IMG/VR virus record: IMGVR_UViG_3300003322_000453
Reading direction: 5' to 3' (one strand)
DNA: 64,000 nucleotides
From: an uncultured virus (IMG/VR IMGVR_UViG_3300003322_000453)
Lineage: Duplodnaviria > Heunggongvirae > Uroviricota > Caudoviricetes
In this document: positions 46,450 through 56,043 of the stretch, one piece after another
Position numbering within the stretch: position 1 is the first letter of the stretch
Layout of the letters: each line of letters starts with the position of its first letter
Translations under genes and position numbers: made by a program
The notes under the pieces: model-generated
Seen by the model: only the letters and a program-made list of their open reading frames with translations
Database searches by the model: none
What the model was told of the DNA's origin: nothing

Positions 46450-49400
46450 ATGGGTGATTATCAACATAAACAATCCCGGTTCTTTTTTAAGGGTGTTCAA
46501 CTCTCCCGCGCTATTGACTCCTTAGACGAATTCAAAGCAATCATAGCCAAGAATATCCGTCAATATCAACTTGGTGTAATAACTCCCCGTAAAGGTCAAA
46601 CCGCTGTTTATTCTGATACTCTTTCCCAAACCAATATCCACTCTATTAAACGCCTAAACAACGACATCCCAACCGCTAGTCAATCCTACGCTATCATCAT
46701 CGGTGCTGGCTCAACTCTCTACAGCGACAACTCAACTCACACCACTATAAACAACAGCCGAGCTACTGGCTTTAGCGGCAACCCTTTAAGCATAATCCCA
46801 TTCCGCCCTAACAACAGCCCTGAACCTTACGCCTATATAGCTGATAGTTCCAAAATGGGCAAACTCAAGATAGACGGAACTTTCCAAAACCAAGGTATAT
46901 TCCCTCCAACTGTTGCTCCATCTTACACCCTCGCTCCCCCAACTAGGATAGACATTGACACCTTTACCTCTGCTGGTTCATGGACAGCCGCAGGGTCTAT
47001 AACCGCTGTAGGTAAACTAGCGACCATAACCAGCTTTGCCACTGTAAACTTTATCCTCTACGACTCTGGTTCAACTGGCTGGTGTTCAGTTGGTATGTCT
47101 GCCACTTACACCGGAGCAACCGAAGGAAACCGTATAGTCTTCGATCAAGTTGGCCCCAACTTTGAGGTTACCTATATAGAAAAAGTAATCCCCGGTATTT
47201 CTAACACAACCATCCGTTCTATAACCTATGATGCTGGTACTACTGGACTATGTACTATAGTTCTAAACAAAAACTCTAAACGCCGGGTGCAAACGGATGG
47301 CCTTATTCGCATCAACGCTGCTGAGACTGTTAAGATATTGTCAACCTCAATAGGCGATGATGACCAACAATCATTCCGTTGTTCTACCACTGTCAACCAC
47401 GTCGCAGGAGAATCAGTAACAGGCATAGATTCTTTTAGATGTGTTACGACCCTAGCTCATGTTGCAGGGGAAACCCTAGGTATTCCTGTTCTACAGTTCC
47501 AAGGTGCAGGAACAACTGGTGTAGGTAGTCTAACCCGCACTGGTTTAACATTAGACCTTACTAACATCTCAGGTCGCCCTGTTCAAAACACCGATGAGAT
47601 GGTATTCATCATCCGTGTTCAAGAAGTTTCTCCTAATAATGTAGATGAAATTCAAATCCTCTTAGACTGTGGAGATGGAACATTCACCGGAGATTTCTTT
47701 ATGAAATCTATCCGTCCTAGTGATTTCCAACCAACCGCTAATCAATCTCAAACAACTCAGGATGCTAGAACTAATGCTATACAATCCCAGATTATTAACA
47801 CTACAGAAGTAACTCCGCAGGAAACACAGGATCAACTTAGAGCAAGGTTGTTTAGAAGATTACAAAAGGCTATACAAAATAGTAATTCTAAACGTGCTGG
47901 TAGACTCCAACGACGTATAGATGAATTATCAACCCCTCCTCAAACTCCTATAGACCCTCCATCTAGCGGAGGCGGAAGTTTATCTAGTGAAATCGGCCAA
48001 GCAGGGCCAGATCAATTCTGGGTTCTACGTTTTAGAATAGTAGACCTTCTTAGAGTTGGTTCTAATTCTGGTGTTGGATTAAAAAATATAAACGCCCTGA
48101 GAATGAATTTCTTTATCAATGCATCCGCAGGTGTAGGTGATCCGGCGTTTCAAGCTTCTGCATGGTGGATAGGTGGTTCCTATGGCCCAGATGTAGGAGA
48201 CACCGGGATTCCCTACACTTATAGGTTCAGATATAGAAGCTCATCAACTGGTGCTAGAAGCTTTCCATCTCCCTCTCTTAGAAGTGCTGTTATAGTAAAA
48301 CGTGGTAGGGTTCAACTGACCGCTACAGGTTCTAGTGATACTCAAGCGGACAAGGTAGATTGGTTTCGCTTTGGTGGTTCACTAGGCGTTTGGAAATATA
48401 TAGGCACCAGTCCAATATTAGGTGGTAGTTCATCCTTTAACGATGATTTCCCTGATGATGTTCTTCTTAATAAAGAAGAACTTGTATTTACCGACTTCCA
48501 ACCTTTCCCTATAGTCTCTACCCCTATAACTGGAACTGTCAACGTTTCTGGTACTATGGTTACTATAACCAGCGGGGCTGTTTCTACTTCTATGTCTCTA
48601 GGTACTGAAATTATAATAAACGGACGTTCTTGCACACTCTATGCACCCCCTTTATCAACCACTAAGTTTGAAGTAGTAGAAGACCTTGGAACCTTAACTG
48701 GCGTTACCCTTTTTATCCCTGAACCCCTACTCGTTGGTCAACCACTCCCGGCTATGTGGGGACCGTATGGTGAAGGTTTTCTAGACACAGTAATGTTTGC
48801 TTGCGGTGATCCTATAAACCCAGGCACTTTATACTGGACTAATCCATCCGATCCTGATAGTGCTAGTGATAAGAACCAACTTGAAATTACCAGTCCTAGT
48901 GAACCACTCCTAAACGGTTTCCTCTTCAACAATACCGCTTATGTTTTCTCTATATCTGATCTTTATGTTATTTATCCTGATCGTACAGTTGAAGGACGTT
49001 TAACATTCAAATCAAACAAAACTGGCTTAGGTTTAGGACTCGCAGGGAGGTTTTCATTCTGTATAGGAGAATCAAAACTGTGGTTCGTTTCTAAAGATGG
49101 TATATACTATAGTGAAGGTTCAACACCTGTTAGTATAACCGATGATGATTTATACCCCTTGTTTCCTCATGATGGTTTAGTAGGTTCTAACACCAATGGC
49201 TTCATAGCTCCTGACTTTTCTAACGGTAATAACCTCCGTCTTAGTATAGGAGATAGTTTCCTTTTCTTCGACTATAAAGGAACTGACACCAGCTACTACA
49301 CTTGGCTCTATGACATAAACAATAAAATCTGGTACTTTGATTCCTACGGTCGTCAGGTTATAACTCGTTATTATGAAGAAGATGATCTTTCACATCGTTG

Positions 49401-50703
49401 GCTTATGGGAGCTTCTAATGGAAAGTTATATAGTTATAATGGAACCAGCGATGATGGAATAGCTATAGCTTGTCAACTAAGAATGGGATGTGAGAACTTT
49501 GGGGATGCGAGGTTGAACAAAATCATAGGTGAAATCTATCTAGACTATGACCCAGATGGGGCTAACATAACTGTTCAACCTGGGTTTGATAATTACACCA
49601 CTTTACCAGCATCAACCGTTCTAACAAACACAGCGGGACGTAGACAGCAAGTTATAGACATCAACACAGGCGCAGGGACTTTAATTAAAAACATAACTCA
49701 TGACATCTCATGGTCATCTCTAGTCGCAACTCCCTCTCTCTACCTATTCGACTATTATTTCCTAATCAAAGTTGTCTCAACCTTCCGCCGTTTCACTGAC
49801 TATGACGACCTTGGCTACACCGGGCCTAAACTTATTCGTGGTCTTAGAATACGTGCTGATACAGAAAACATTGCTAGAAATATCCGTATTCAATATGATA
49901 ACGTTTTAATAGGCGTAGATTTAAGTGTACAACATAATGGGGAGTTGATAAAGAGCTATAATGTTCCCTCACCCTTCATGGCTAACCTAGTCCGTGTAGC
50001 TCCACAAGATGCTTCTTTATGGAGACTCTACGATGTTGACTTCATCTATGACAAATACCCAGACTTAGACAACATTATAGACTCATGGACTAATGGAGGA
50101 AGTTTAGAGGATAAATGGTTGCAAGGTGTTATTCTAAGGGCAGATAGTAACAGTCAAGATGTTCAAGTGATAGTTCGTAGTGATGATGGGAATGTTATTA
50201 GCACTCTAACTTGTAACCATAGAGTAGATCAAGTTAAACCTTACACTTGGCCTCCTTATATAACCCACGAAATGCGTTTAGAACCACAGGGGGATATTAG
50301 AATCATAGATGCTAAGTGGGTATATGAACCCGAACCTGAACTTACTAATTATTGGGTATCCCAACCAACCGGACATGGCTTAAAAGGTTTCCAACATCTT
50401 AAAGACATCTATATTGCTATAAGATCGACTGTTGATCTTTTATTTAGAATAACCATAGACGGTACGAATTATGATTATAATATAGCAAACACAGCTGGGG
50501 TTTATCGTCGCATTTACCTTCCTTTGCAAGCCGTAAAGGGTAAGGTTTTTCAATACAGCCTAACCCCCTTGGCTGGTACTACAGGGTTTAGAGTATATGA
50601 GAAAGATTTTTCCGCTAGGGTTAAGGAATGGGGTTCTGATGGAGAATACCTAAAGCTTAATCCTATAGGACATATCCACAATCTAGAAGGGGCTACCATA
50701 TAG
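46450..50703 (+). CDS. Tail nozzle/stabilisation protein (P22 gp10/T7 gp12-like, expanded)
   Basis: Size and position; NIRQY..G.ITPRKG N-terminus, LYWT..PDS, WFVSKDGIY beta-propeller-like segments; true start likely 46450. Confidence 0.65.
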   Translation: MGDYQHKQSRFFFKGVQLSRAIDSLDEFKAIIAKNIRQYQLGVITPRKGQTAVYSDTLSQTNIHSIKRLNNDIPTASQSYAIIIGAGSTLYSDNSTHTTINNSRATGFSGNPLSIIPFRPNNSPEPYAYIADSSKMGKLKIDGTFQNQGIFPPTVAPSYTLAPPTRIDIDTFTSAGSWTAAGSITAVGKLATITSFATVNFILYDSGSTGWCSVGMSATYTGATEGNRIVFDQVGPNFEVTYIEKVIPGISNTTIRSITYDAGTTGLCTIVLNKNSKRRVQTDGLIRINAAETVKILSTSIGDDDQQSFRCSTTVNHVAGESVTGIDSFRCVTTLAHVAGETLGIPVLQFQGAGTTGVGSLTRTGLTLDLTNISGRPVQNTDEMVFIIRVQEVSPNNVDEIQILLDCGDGTFTGDFFMKSIRPSDFQPTANQSQTTQDARTNAIQSQIINTTEVTPQETQDQLRARLFRRLQKAIQNSNSKRAGRLQRRIDELSTPPQTPIDPPSSGGGSLSSEIGQAGPDQFWVLRFRIVDLLRVGSNSGVGLKNINALRMNFFINASAGVGDPAFQASAWWIGGSYGPDVGDTGIPYTYRFRYRSSSTGARSFPSPSLRSAVIVKRGRVQLTATGSSDTQADKVDWFRFGGSLGVWKYIGTSPILGGSSSFNDDFPDDVLLNKEELVFTDFQPFPIVSTPITGTVNVSGTMVTITSGAVSTSMSLGTEIIINGRSCTLYAPPLSTTKFEVVEDLGTLTGVTLFIPEPLLVGQPLPAMWGPYGEGFLDTVMFACGDPINPGTLYWTNPSDPDSASDKNQLEITSPSEPLLNGFLFNNTAYVFSISDLYVIYPDRTVEGRLTFKSNKTGLGLGLAGRFSFCIGESKLWFVSKDGIYYSEGSTPVSITDDDLYPLFPHDGLVGSNTNGFIAPDFSNGNNLRLSIGDSFLFFDYKGTDTSYYTWLYDINNKIWYFDSYGRQVITRYYEEDDLSHRWLMGASNGKLYSYNGTSDDGIAIACQLRMGCENFGDARLNKIIGEIYLDYDPDGANITVQPGFDNYTTLPASTVLTNTAGRRQQVIDINTGAGTLIKNITHDISWSSLVATPSLYLFDYYFLIKVVSTFRRFTDYDDLGYTGPKLIRGLRIRADTENIARNIRIQYDNVLIGVDLSVQHNGELIKSYNVPSPFMANLVRVAPQDASLWRLYDVDFIYDKYPDLDNIIDSWTNGGSLEDKWLQGVILRADSNSQDVQVIVRSDDGNVISTLTCNHRVDQVKPYTWPPYITHEMRLEPQGDIRIIDAKWVYEPEPELTNYWVSQPTGHGLKGFQHLKDIYIAIRSTVDLLFRITIDGTNYDYNIANTAGVYRRIYLPLQAVKGKVFQYSLTPLAGTTGFRVYEKDFSARVKEWGSDGEYLKLNPIGHIHNLEGATI

Positions 50704-50721
50704 TTTATAAGGAAACATAAA

Positions 50722-50907
50722 ATGCCTTTACCATTTCCTAACCTCCCTTCAACAGTTGACTCAGCTACTAGAGAATACCTTCGCCTAATTCATTCTAAAC
50801 TCACAGAACTAGAAACTGAAATAATGAAACTAAAACAATCTACAAGCATGTTAAACAAACGTACTTACTCCTTAGAAGAATTAGTGAAGACAATAAAAGA
50901 TGACTAA
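50722..50907 (+). CDS. Small coiled-coil virion protein
   Basis: Follows the nozzle gene. Confidence 0.5.
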   Translation: MPLPFPNLPSTVDSATREYLRLIHSKLTELETEIMKLKQSTSMLNKRTYSLEELVKTIKDD

Positions 50908-51631
50908 ACCCTCAAAACCAACTGGTCTATATGGTAGCCGTACAAGTAGACAATCTCAAATCCCATACGCCCCTATTGTCTCTTCTCTTCCACTTCTAAA
51001 CGATCCTCAATCTCAAAATGGTTCTCTAGTTGTCCTATCCAGTGGCAATCCTATAATAGACGGTCTATACTCCTTCACCTCCTCCCCCTTGCCTGGTTCA
51101 TGGACTCAAGTTAGTGCCTCTAACAACTATGTCCTAGCTGGTTATAACTCAACTCCTGTTACAGTAAACGCTAATACCACCAGCGAACAAAACCTAATGA
51201 GCGTTGTTCTGCCAGATAATATTCTAAATCAAGTCGGTAAGGTTTTTAGAATAACTTCTAAAGGAGTGTATGTTGTAAACGCCGCTGGTACTGATTTCAC
51301 AGTTAGAACTTATATCAACTCCACTGCTATCTCCGATCATGTTCTAACCTTAAACCCTACAGGCACCTTAGTAGAACTTGGTTGGCGTAGTGTTGTTGAG
51401 TTTATAGTAACGACCAATGGGGCGTTAGGGAATATAGAAACCTCATGGTGGGGTATAGCGCAGGTGTCAACATCTACAAATCCTGGTGAATCTACTGTTG
51501 ACTCTAGAGTTAGTACACTTAATCTTGATACGACTGGAACTCCTACTATACAGATTAAGTGTCTATTCAGCGTTGCATCCATTAATAACGCTTGTTCGCA
51601 GAGAATTCTACTTGTAGAGAAACTTAACTAA
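50900..51631 (+). CDS. Putative tail-associated beta protein
   Basis: Beta-rich C-terminal domain, position. Confidence 0.5.
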   Translation: MTKPSKPTGLYGSRTSRQSQIPYAPIVSSLPLLNDPQSQNGSLVVLSSGNPIIDGLYSFTSSPLPGSWTQVSASNNYVLAGYNSTPVTVNANTTSEQNLMSVVLPDNILNQVGKVFRITSKGVYVVNAAGTDFTVRTYINSTAISDHVLTLNPTGTLVELGWRSVVEFIVTTNGALGNIETSWWGIAQVSTSTNPGESTVDSRVSTLNLDTTGTPTIQIKCLFSVASINNACSQRILLVEKLN

Positions 51632-51635
51632 ACCC

Positions 51636-51664
51636 TTTACTTTCCATTATTAATATGATAGCTT
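51636..51664 (+). promoter_or_regulatory. Internal sigma70-like promoter
   Basis: TTTACT-17-TAGCTT with TG-n. Confidence 0.4.
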
Positions 51665-51701
51665 TGATCCGACTTCATACCCAATAGGAGGGCTAACCCC
51701 A

Positions 51702-52022
51702 ATGTCTGTGGCAGTTATGAACACTTCCATTACCTTAACAACAACTGCACAATCTCTATATTCTCTATTAGCCGCTATAAACCCCAATGCCATGCGGAAC
51801 TGTGCCGTTGTAGAAATACAAGGCGACGATGCTAACGTCGCCAATTATATAATTGGCGACTCCCGTTTGGCTACTAATAACTATTCCTACTCCGGTCAAA
51901 ACGCTGGGGACTTTTATAAGGATGAAAGTAGCAATGATATAAACAACGTTAGCCTTACGGTGTTATATATAAGAGCGGTTAGTGGAACTCCTACAATCCA
52001 CGTTAAGATAAGGACGGTTTAA
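51702..52022 (+). CDS. Small beta-sandwich virion-like protein
   Basis: AGGAGG RBS; VEIQ..N...IGD...LYI. Confidence 0.55.
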   Translation: MSVAVMNTSITLTTTAQSLYSLLAAINPNAMRNCAVVEIQGDDANVANYIIGDSRLATNNYSYSGQNAGDFYKDESSNDINNVSLTVLYIRAVSGTPTIHVKIRTV

Positions 52023-52024
52023 CT

Positions 52025-53074
52025 ATGATAAAGAAAACTCTATTCATTATTTTCTTTTTATTCGTTATATGTTCTACTATCAACGCTCAATCAAGCAGTG
52101 ATAACACCCGGCGTATATGGAGTGGCACGGCTGACCCAGCAATTTGTCAACCATCTGGAACTAACATTTTCTATCGTAGTGACACTGGAACTCTAAAGAT
52201 TTGTACTTCTACTAACACATGGACTCCCCTCGCTTCTGGCTCTAGTGCTATAACTGGTTCAGGAACTACTAACATTATTCCATTATTTACGGGTGCTAAT
52301 AGCATAGGTAACAGTCCGTTCTCTTATTCTGGTTCTTCTTCAACTTTACAAACCACTGGTCTAGCAGATTTTAATATTCTGTCTGGAAGTGGAGAGTATC
52401 AAATAGGAGCTAGTGCAGATAATTTTATTAAAATATCTAAAGTTGGTTTAAATCAATGGCACGTAAATCCCAATGATTTAATGTTAGATACTACAACTGG
52501 TAGAGTACAAATAGGTGATGCACAAGGAGGGGGGAATAACACTCAACTTGATCTAAGTGATTTAGATGGGCATATAAAACTTAGATCAATAACAGGTACT
52601 ATAAGTATAGGAGATACAGAAGGAGAAGCAAATAATGTTAGAGTAACTGTAAGTGATACATCTCAAACTATAAACATAACCTCTCTAGGTAATATAAGAT
52701 TAGGAGACACAGATGGGTTAGGTTCTAATTCTCTAGTTAGTATAAACGATACCACTCAAGTAGCATCTATAGTATCAAACACTATAACACTAAATGGGAA
52801 TCTAACCCTTAATAAAACTATAACTCCCAGTGGAACAGTTGGCGCTAGAACTATTAACAAAACAACTGGTACTGTGAACTTTGCTGCTGCTGCTACAAGT
52901 CTAGTAGTAACCAACTCTTTAGTAAGTACATCGTCTATTATAATCTGTACAGTAGGAACTAACGACACCACCTTCAAATCAGCGCAATGTGTGGCAGGGA
53001 GTGGAAGTTTTACTATCTTTGCCAACGCTGCTGCGACTGCGGAGACTAGGGTGAACTTTGTAGTGACGAATTAA
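52025..53074 (+). CDS. Fibre-like protein with Sec signal peptide
   Basis: MIKKTLFIIFFLFVICSTINA/Q; FYRSDTGTLKIC..NTW, GSGT.N.IP.FT....IGNS, IGD..G.GN repeats. Confidence 0.65.
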   Translation: MIKKTLFIIFFLFVICSTINAQSSSDNTRRIWSGTADPAICQPSGTNIFYRSDTGTLKICTSTNTWTPLASGSSAITGSGTTNIIPLFTGANSIGNSPFSYSGSSSTLQTTGLADFNILSGSGEYQIGASADNFIKISKVGLNQWHVNPNDLMLDTTTGRVQIGDAQGGGNNTQLDLSDLDGHIKLRSITGTISIGDTEGEANNVRVTVSDTSQTINITSLGNIRLGDTDGLGSNSLVSINDTTQVASIVSNTITLNGNLTLNKTITPSGTVGARTINKTTGTVNFAAAATSLVVTNSLVSTSSIIICTVGTNDTTFKSAQCVAGSGSFTIFANAAATAETRVNFVVTN

Positions 53075-53087
53075 CCAAGGAGAAATC

Positions 53088-53609
53088 ATGAACAATAAGA
53101 TCAAAGCACTTTTATTGTTAGGGATTTATATAGTTGGGGTTGCAGTTTGGGCTAATACCACATATCCCACATCTCTCTATCAAGCATCTGATACTTGTTC
53201 AACAGGTCAATACCTAGTAATGGATGCTAGTGGGAAGAGGTATAAATGCCAAACAGGAACCTTAATCTATAAAGCCACTGGGGTTAATTTAAACAGTGCA
53301 AACACCGACGTAGCTAGCATAGCCGGGTTACCTTCTTCTTATATAGTGAGAAGAGTAACAGTAACCAATGCATCTACTACCCCTACATTAGCAACTTATA
53401 GTCTAAGAACCGCGACAGGCGGTGGGGGTGTTGCGATTGTTAGTGCCCAGCTTTTAACTGCTTTAAGTGCAACAACCAAGTTTGTAGACTCCACCTTGGC
53501 TATAACCGCTGATATACAAACAGCTTCTACTCTCACTGTTAGATGTATAGCCGCTAATGGATCAGCACTAACTGCGGATTTTGTTATAGAGATAACCCCG
53601 CTTTTATAA
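53088..53609 (+). CDS. Beta-rich protein with Sec signal peptide
   Basis: MNNKIKALLLLGIYIVGVAVWA/N; CSTGQYL...YKC. Confidence 0.6.
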   Translation: MNNKIKALLLLGIYIVGVAVWANTTYPTSLYQASDTCSTGQYLVMDASGKRYKCQTGTLIYKATGVNLNSANTDVASIAGLPSSYIVRRVTVTNASTTPTLATYSLRTATGGGGVAIVSAQLLTALSATTKFVDSTLAITADIQTASTLTVRCIAANGSALTADFVIEITPLL

Positions 53610-53616
53610 GATTAAT

Positions 53617-53988
53617 ATGATACAAGAAGAACAAAAGGTGGTTCTTAGGTTTTTAGAACCTAATGAGTTTTATAAGCTAGAAGGAGTCTATAAAGAACAC
53701 GACGACGCTCTACCTAGCCCAGAACTCTCATCAATCCTAGTAGCAGAACTGGAAGATGAAACCATCATTGGTTTCTGTGCAGTTCAACTTAACCCCTTCA
53801 TAACCATGTGGATTCAAGATGAATATAGACATAATGGGATATGGAAGGAACTGGTAGAGGGTGTACAACAACTACCAATTGTGATGAAAGCTAAGACTTA
53901 TATTGTAGCGAGTAGGATAGAAACAGTGGCTATGTGTCAGATGCTAGGGCTTAGGTTGATTGATAAACCAGTTTTTGTGAAAGATTAA
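53617..53988 (+). CDS. GNAT-fold protein
   Basis: IIGF...MWIQDEYRHNGI; usual podovirus position before the ejection proteins. Confidence 0.6.
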   Translation: MIQEEQKVVLRFLEPNEFYKLEGVYKEHDDALPSPELSSILVAELEDETIIGFCAVQLNPFITMWIQDEYRHNGIWKELVEGVQQLPIVMKAKTYIVASRIETVAMCQMLGLRLIDKPVFVKD

Positions 53989-53998
53989 GGAGAATGCT

Positions 53999-54649
53999 AT
54001 GGGCTTTGGCGGGCAAAACTCACAACAGAAAGCCAATGATGCACAGATCAAAGGCTTAACCTCTAATATCACAAACGCCGCTAACACCGCTGGTACTAGG
54101 GCGGATAAGAGTTTTAAATTCTTTAAACAATCCACCAAACCAGCCTTAGATTTCTGGAATACTATCCTTAGTGGAGACACCAATGCTATTACCAAACTCC
54201 TAAGTCCAGAGGTTTCTAACATCTCTAATACCTATAACAACGCTAAACAAAACCTATGGAATAGTCCGCGTGGTGGTGGAAAGGTTAGTGCAGTACAAGA
54301 ATTAGAAGCTGGACAAGCGAGGGATATTAATAACCTGTTCAATGCTGTTAGACCACAAGCGGCTTCGCAATTAACAAATCTAGGAGGATTGTTTAACAGT
54401 GCAGCACAGGGTTATACTGGACAGCAACTAGGTGGGTTTGAAGGAGCTTCTAATAATCTGTTTGGATTGAATAAAGAACAAGAAGAGATGCAAAGGAGAA
54501 ACGCAGCGGCATGGGGAGCTTTAGGGCAAGGCTTAGGTGGAATAGTAGGAAGTTTCTTCGCACCGGGTAGTTCTCTGTTCGGTGGTGGTTCTAGTGGTGG
54601 TGGTGGAGTATCTTCACTTCTTAAACAAGGTAAGAATCCACTTTGGTAA
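53999..54649 (+). CDS. DNA ejection (pilot) protein, P22 gp7-like
   Basis: Q/N/A/G-rich with a Gly-rich hydrophobic C-terminus. Confidence 0.6.
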   Translation: MGFGGQNSQQKANDAQIKGLTSNITNAANTAGTRADKSFKFFKQSTKPALDFWNTILSGDTNAITKLLSPEVSNISNTYNNAKQNLWNSPRGGGKVSAVQELEAGQARDINNLFNAVRPQAASQLTNLGGLFNSAAQGYTGQQLGGFEGASNNLFGLNKEQEEMQRRNAAAWGALGQGLGGIVGSFFAPGSSLFGGGSSGGGGVSSLLKQGKNPLW

Positions 54650-54660
54650 GGAGATAAGAA

Positions 54661-56037
54661 ATGAGTTTGTTAGACTTCTTCGGTGGTTTATCTCAAGGTG
54701 TTGGCAGCGCATGGATGCGTGGCGAAGATTTTGTCCGTAGACAACAAGAAGAACAACGCCAACAACAACTAGGGGTTTTAAAATCAGCGTTTGATAAGGC
54801 CGCAGAAGAAGGTAATAACGCTGGTGCTTCTACAGCCCTTAGAATGGCAGCACCCTTAATGGGAGCTAAACCCGGCAAACCTCATCCTATTAACATGTTT
54901 GCCGATATGATAGACCATTTCACCCCTGTTACTAAAGATGTTGTTAAACCAGAAGCTATAGAAGCGCAAGCCCAGATAGATAAAACCCCTGCTACTATAA
55001 CAACTCAACCCAGCGTAGAAGGTGTTCCGCCAACACCGGGCTATGATAGGCAAAGTATGAACCAACCAGCCGGGGGGGTTATTAAGAAAATAGAACCTAC
55101 TACTATTGATAACCCGGCCTTACTAAACTTAGAAAGACCTAGAACGGCTATAGATAAACAAACCACCCAGCAAGGTTATTTTAAAACCCCTATAGAACGT
55201 GGACAAGAACAAATAGAACTAAGAAAGAAGCAACAAGAGGAACTTCTACCATTAGAGCTTAAAGAATATGGAGCCAAGGAAGGATTAAGAGCAAAGGTTT
55301 GGCAGAGTCAAGAAGATATACGACAAGCTGGTAGAGAACGATTAGCAAAACTACGTGATGAGGGATATGCTTCTAGGGATTTAAACAAAACCGCAGCGGC
55401 TTATAAAGGTTCTATAAACTCAGCAACAGGTTTACAGTACACCGATGATGAAGCTATGGAAGCAGCTAGACAGTATCACAGAGACAAGAACCAAGCGGTT
55501 TTGAGTGAGTATAAATCTAAGGGTGAGGCTAGATTAGCGCAACAGCAGTTTAGAGAAAGAGAACTTGATGCTAGAATCAATCGTTGGAACGCTTTAGATG
55601 AACAAGCATGGGCAAAGATAGGACAAGCTGAACGGAAGATGAACATGCAACAAGGCTCCGTCAAAGCTTCTGTTGAGAGATTAAGGAGTTATAGAGCAGA
55701 GTTAAAGGATATTGCGATTCAACAAGATTTAGCTTTCAGAACAATGACTGATCAAATGAAAGGGGAGGATAAAAGACAAGAAGCTAAACAACTATTCGAT
55801 CAACTTAATGTAGAATATGATAAGAGATTAGATGCTATAGAGAAAGAAAACACCAAGATAGAACAAGCAGGACAAGCTTTTCAATCTCAACAACCGGCGT
55901 TGACTAGGAAGGGAGAAGCAACTAAGAGCATCAATGTTCAACACAAGATAGGGGACATAGTACCAGTTAAGGGGCAGAATATCAAAATCACTAAAATCAA
56001 TCCAGATGGAACCTACAGTGGAGTACCAGTTCCTTAA
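54661..56037 (+). CDS. Internal virion/ejection protein
   Basis: N-terminal FFGGLSQG amphipathic motif, long coiled coil. Confidence 0.6.
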   Translation: MSLLDFFGGLSQGVGSAWMRGEDFVRRQQEEQRQQQLGVLKSAFDKAAEEGNNAGASTALRMAAPLMGAKPGKPHPINMFADMIDHFTPVTKDVVKPEAIEAQAQIDKTPATITTQPSVEGVPPTPGYDRQSMNQPAGGVIKKIEPTTIDNPALLNLERPRTAIDKQTTQQGYFKTPIERGQEQIELRKKQQEELLPLELKEYGAKEGLRAKVWQSQEDIRQAGRERLAKLRDEGYASRDLNKTAAAYKGSINSATGLQYTDDEAMEAARQYHRDKNQAVLSEYKSKGEARLAQQQFRERELDARINRWNALDEQAWAKIGQAERKMNMQQGSVKASVERLRSYRAELKDIAIQQDLAFRTMTDQMKGEDKRQEAKQLFDQLNVEYDKRLDAIEKENTKIEQAGQAFQSQQPALTRKGEATKSINVQHKIGDIVPVKGQNIKITKINPDGTYSGVPVP

Positions 56038-56043
56038 TGAGAG

